A DNA stretch of 63,837 bases, filler included. It is 6 parts of 6 records of this genome, joined end to end, with 100 filler letters (N's around TTAATTAATTAA, not from the genome) between each part and the next. Parts side by side here need not be neighbours in the genome. Positions count along the whole stretch, not along the records: positions 57,065 to 63,837 come from SRR2962707_1987; 5 more parts are not named here. One strand, 5' to 3'. The notes beneath the pieces were generated by a model. The model was given only the letters and a program-made list of their open reading frames with translations. It was not told the DNA's origin and searched no databases. The position numbers were made by a program, and so were the translations under genes. Below, piece after piece: positions 63,837 through 63,837 of the stretch (within the stretch, counting starts at the first letter, position 1; every line of letters begins with the position of its first letter).

Positions 63837-63837
63837 C

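Overview
This window is not one genomic locus. It is six unrelated contigs joined by artificial 100-nt spacers (N44-TTAATTAATTAA-N44), from at least three organisms. Contig 1 (1-11104) is probably eukaryotic and carries one intronless, 5'-truncated ORF of at least 3549 aa. It is built from about 15-aa Gly/Ser/Ala/Thr beta-strand repeats with a higher-order period and ends in a short-period beta segment, an RRHL motif and a coiled coil, suggesting a giant fibre or spike protein. Contig 2 (11205-23612) is a high-GC alphaproteobacterium: cobS, cobT, SufR-like regulator, MFS, MATE, phytase-like protein, divergent VUT transporter, rpmB, meaB, DUF3108, scpA. Contig 3 (23713-36396) is an intron-containing protist: PEX6 convergent with HEATR5. 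Contig 4 (36497-42504) has the same intron style: proteasome beta7 convergent with a zinc-finger-fused atypical SDR. Contig 5 (42605-56964) is a Rhodobacteraceae-like bacterium: maf, aroE, coaE, dnaQ, secB, fxsA, Tim44-like, mltA, smr, MFS, idi, cytochrome c2, a wza/yjbF/yjbH polysaccharide cluster and the 5' end of motB. Contig 6 (57065-63837) is protist DNA encoding a roughly 9-TM protein with five HRM-like Cys modules, a mucin loop and a cytoplasmic IQ-IQ-WW-IQ-UBA insert, plus the 3' end of a HIND-motif (Prp38-like) gene. The best novelty candidates are the giant repeat fibre protein and the HRM/IQ/WW/UBA membrane protein. All family calls come from motif recognition by eye; no searches were run.
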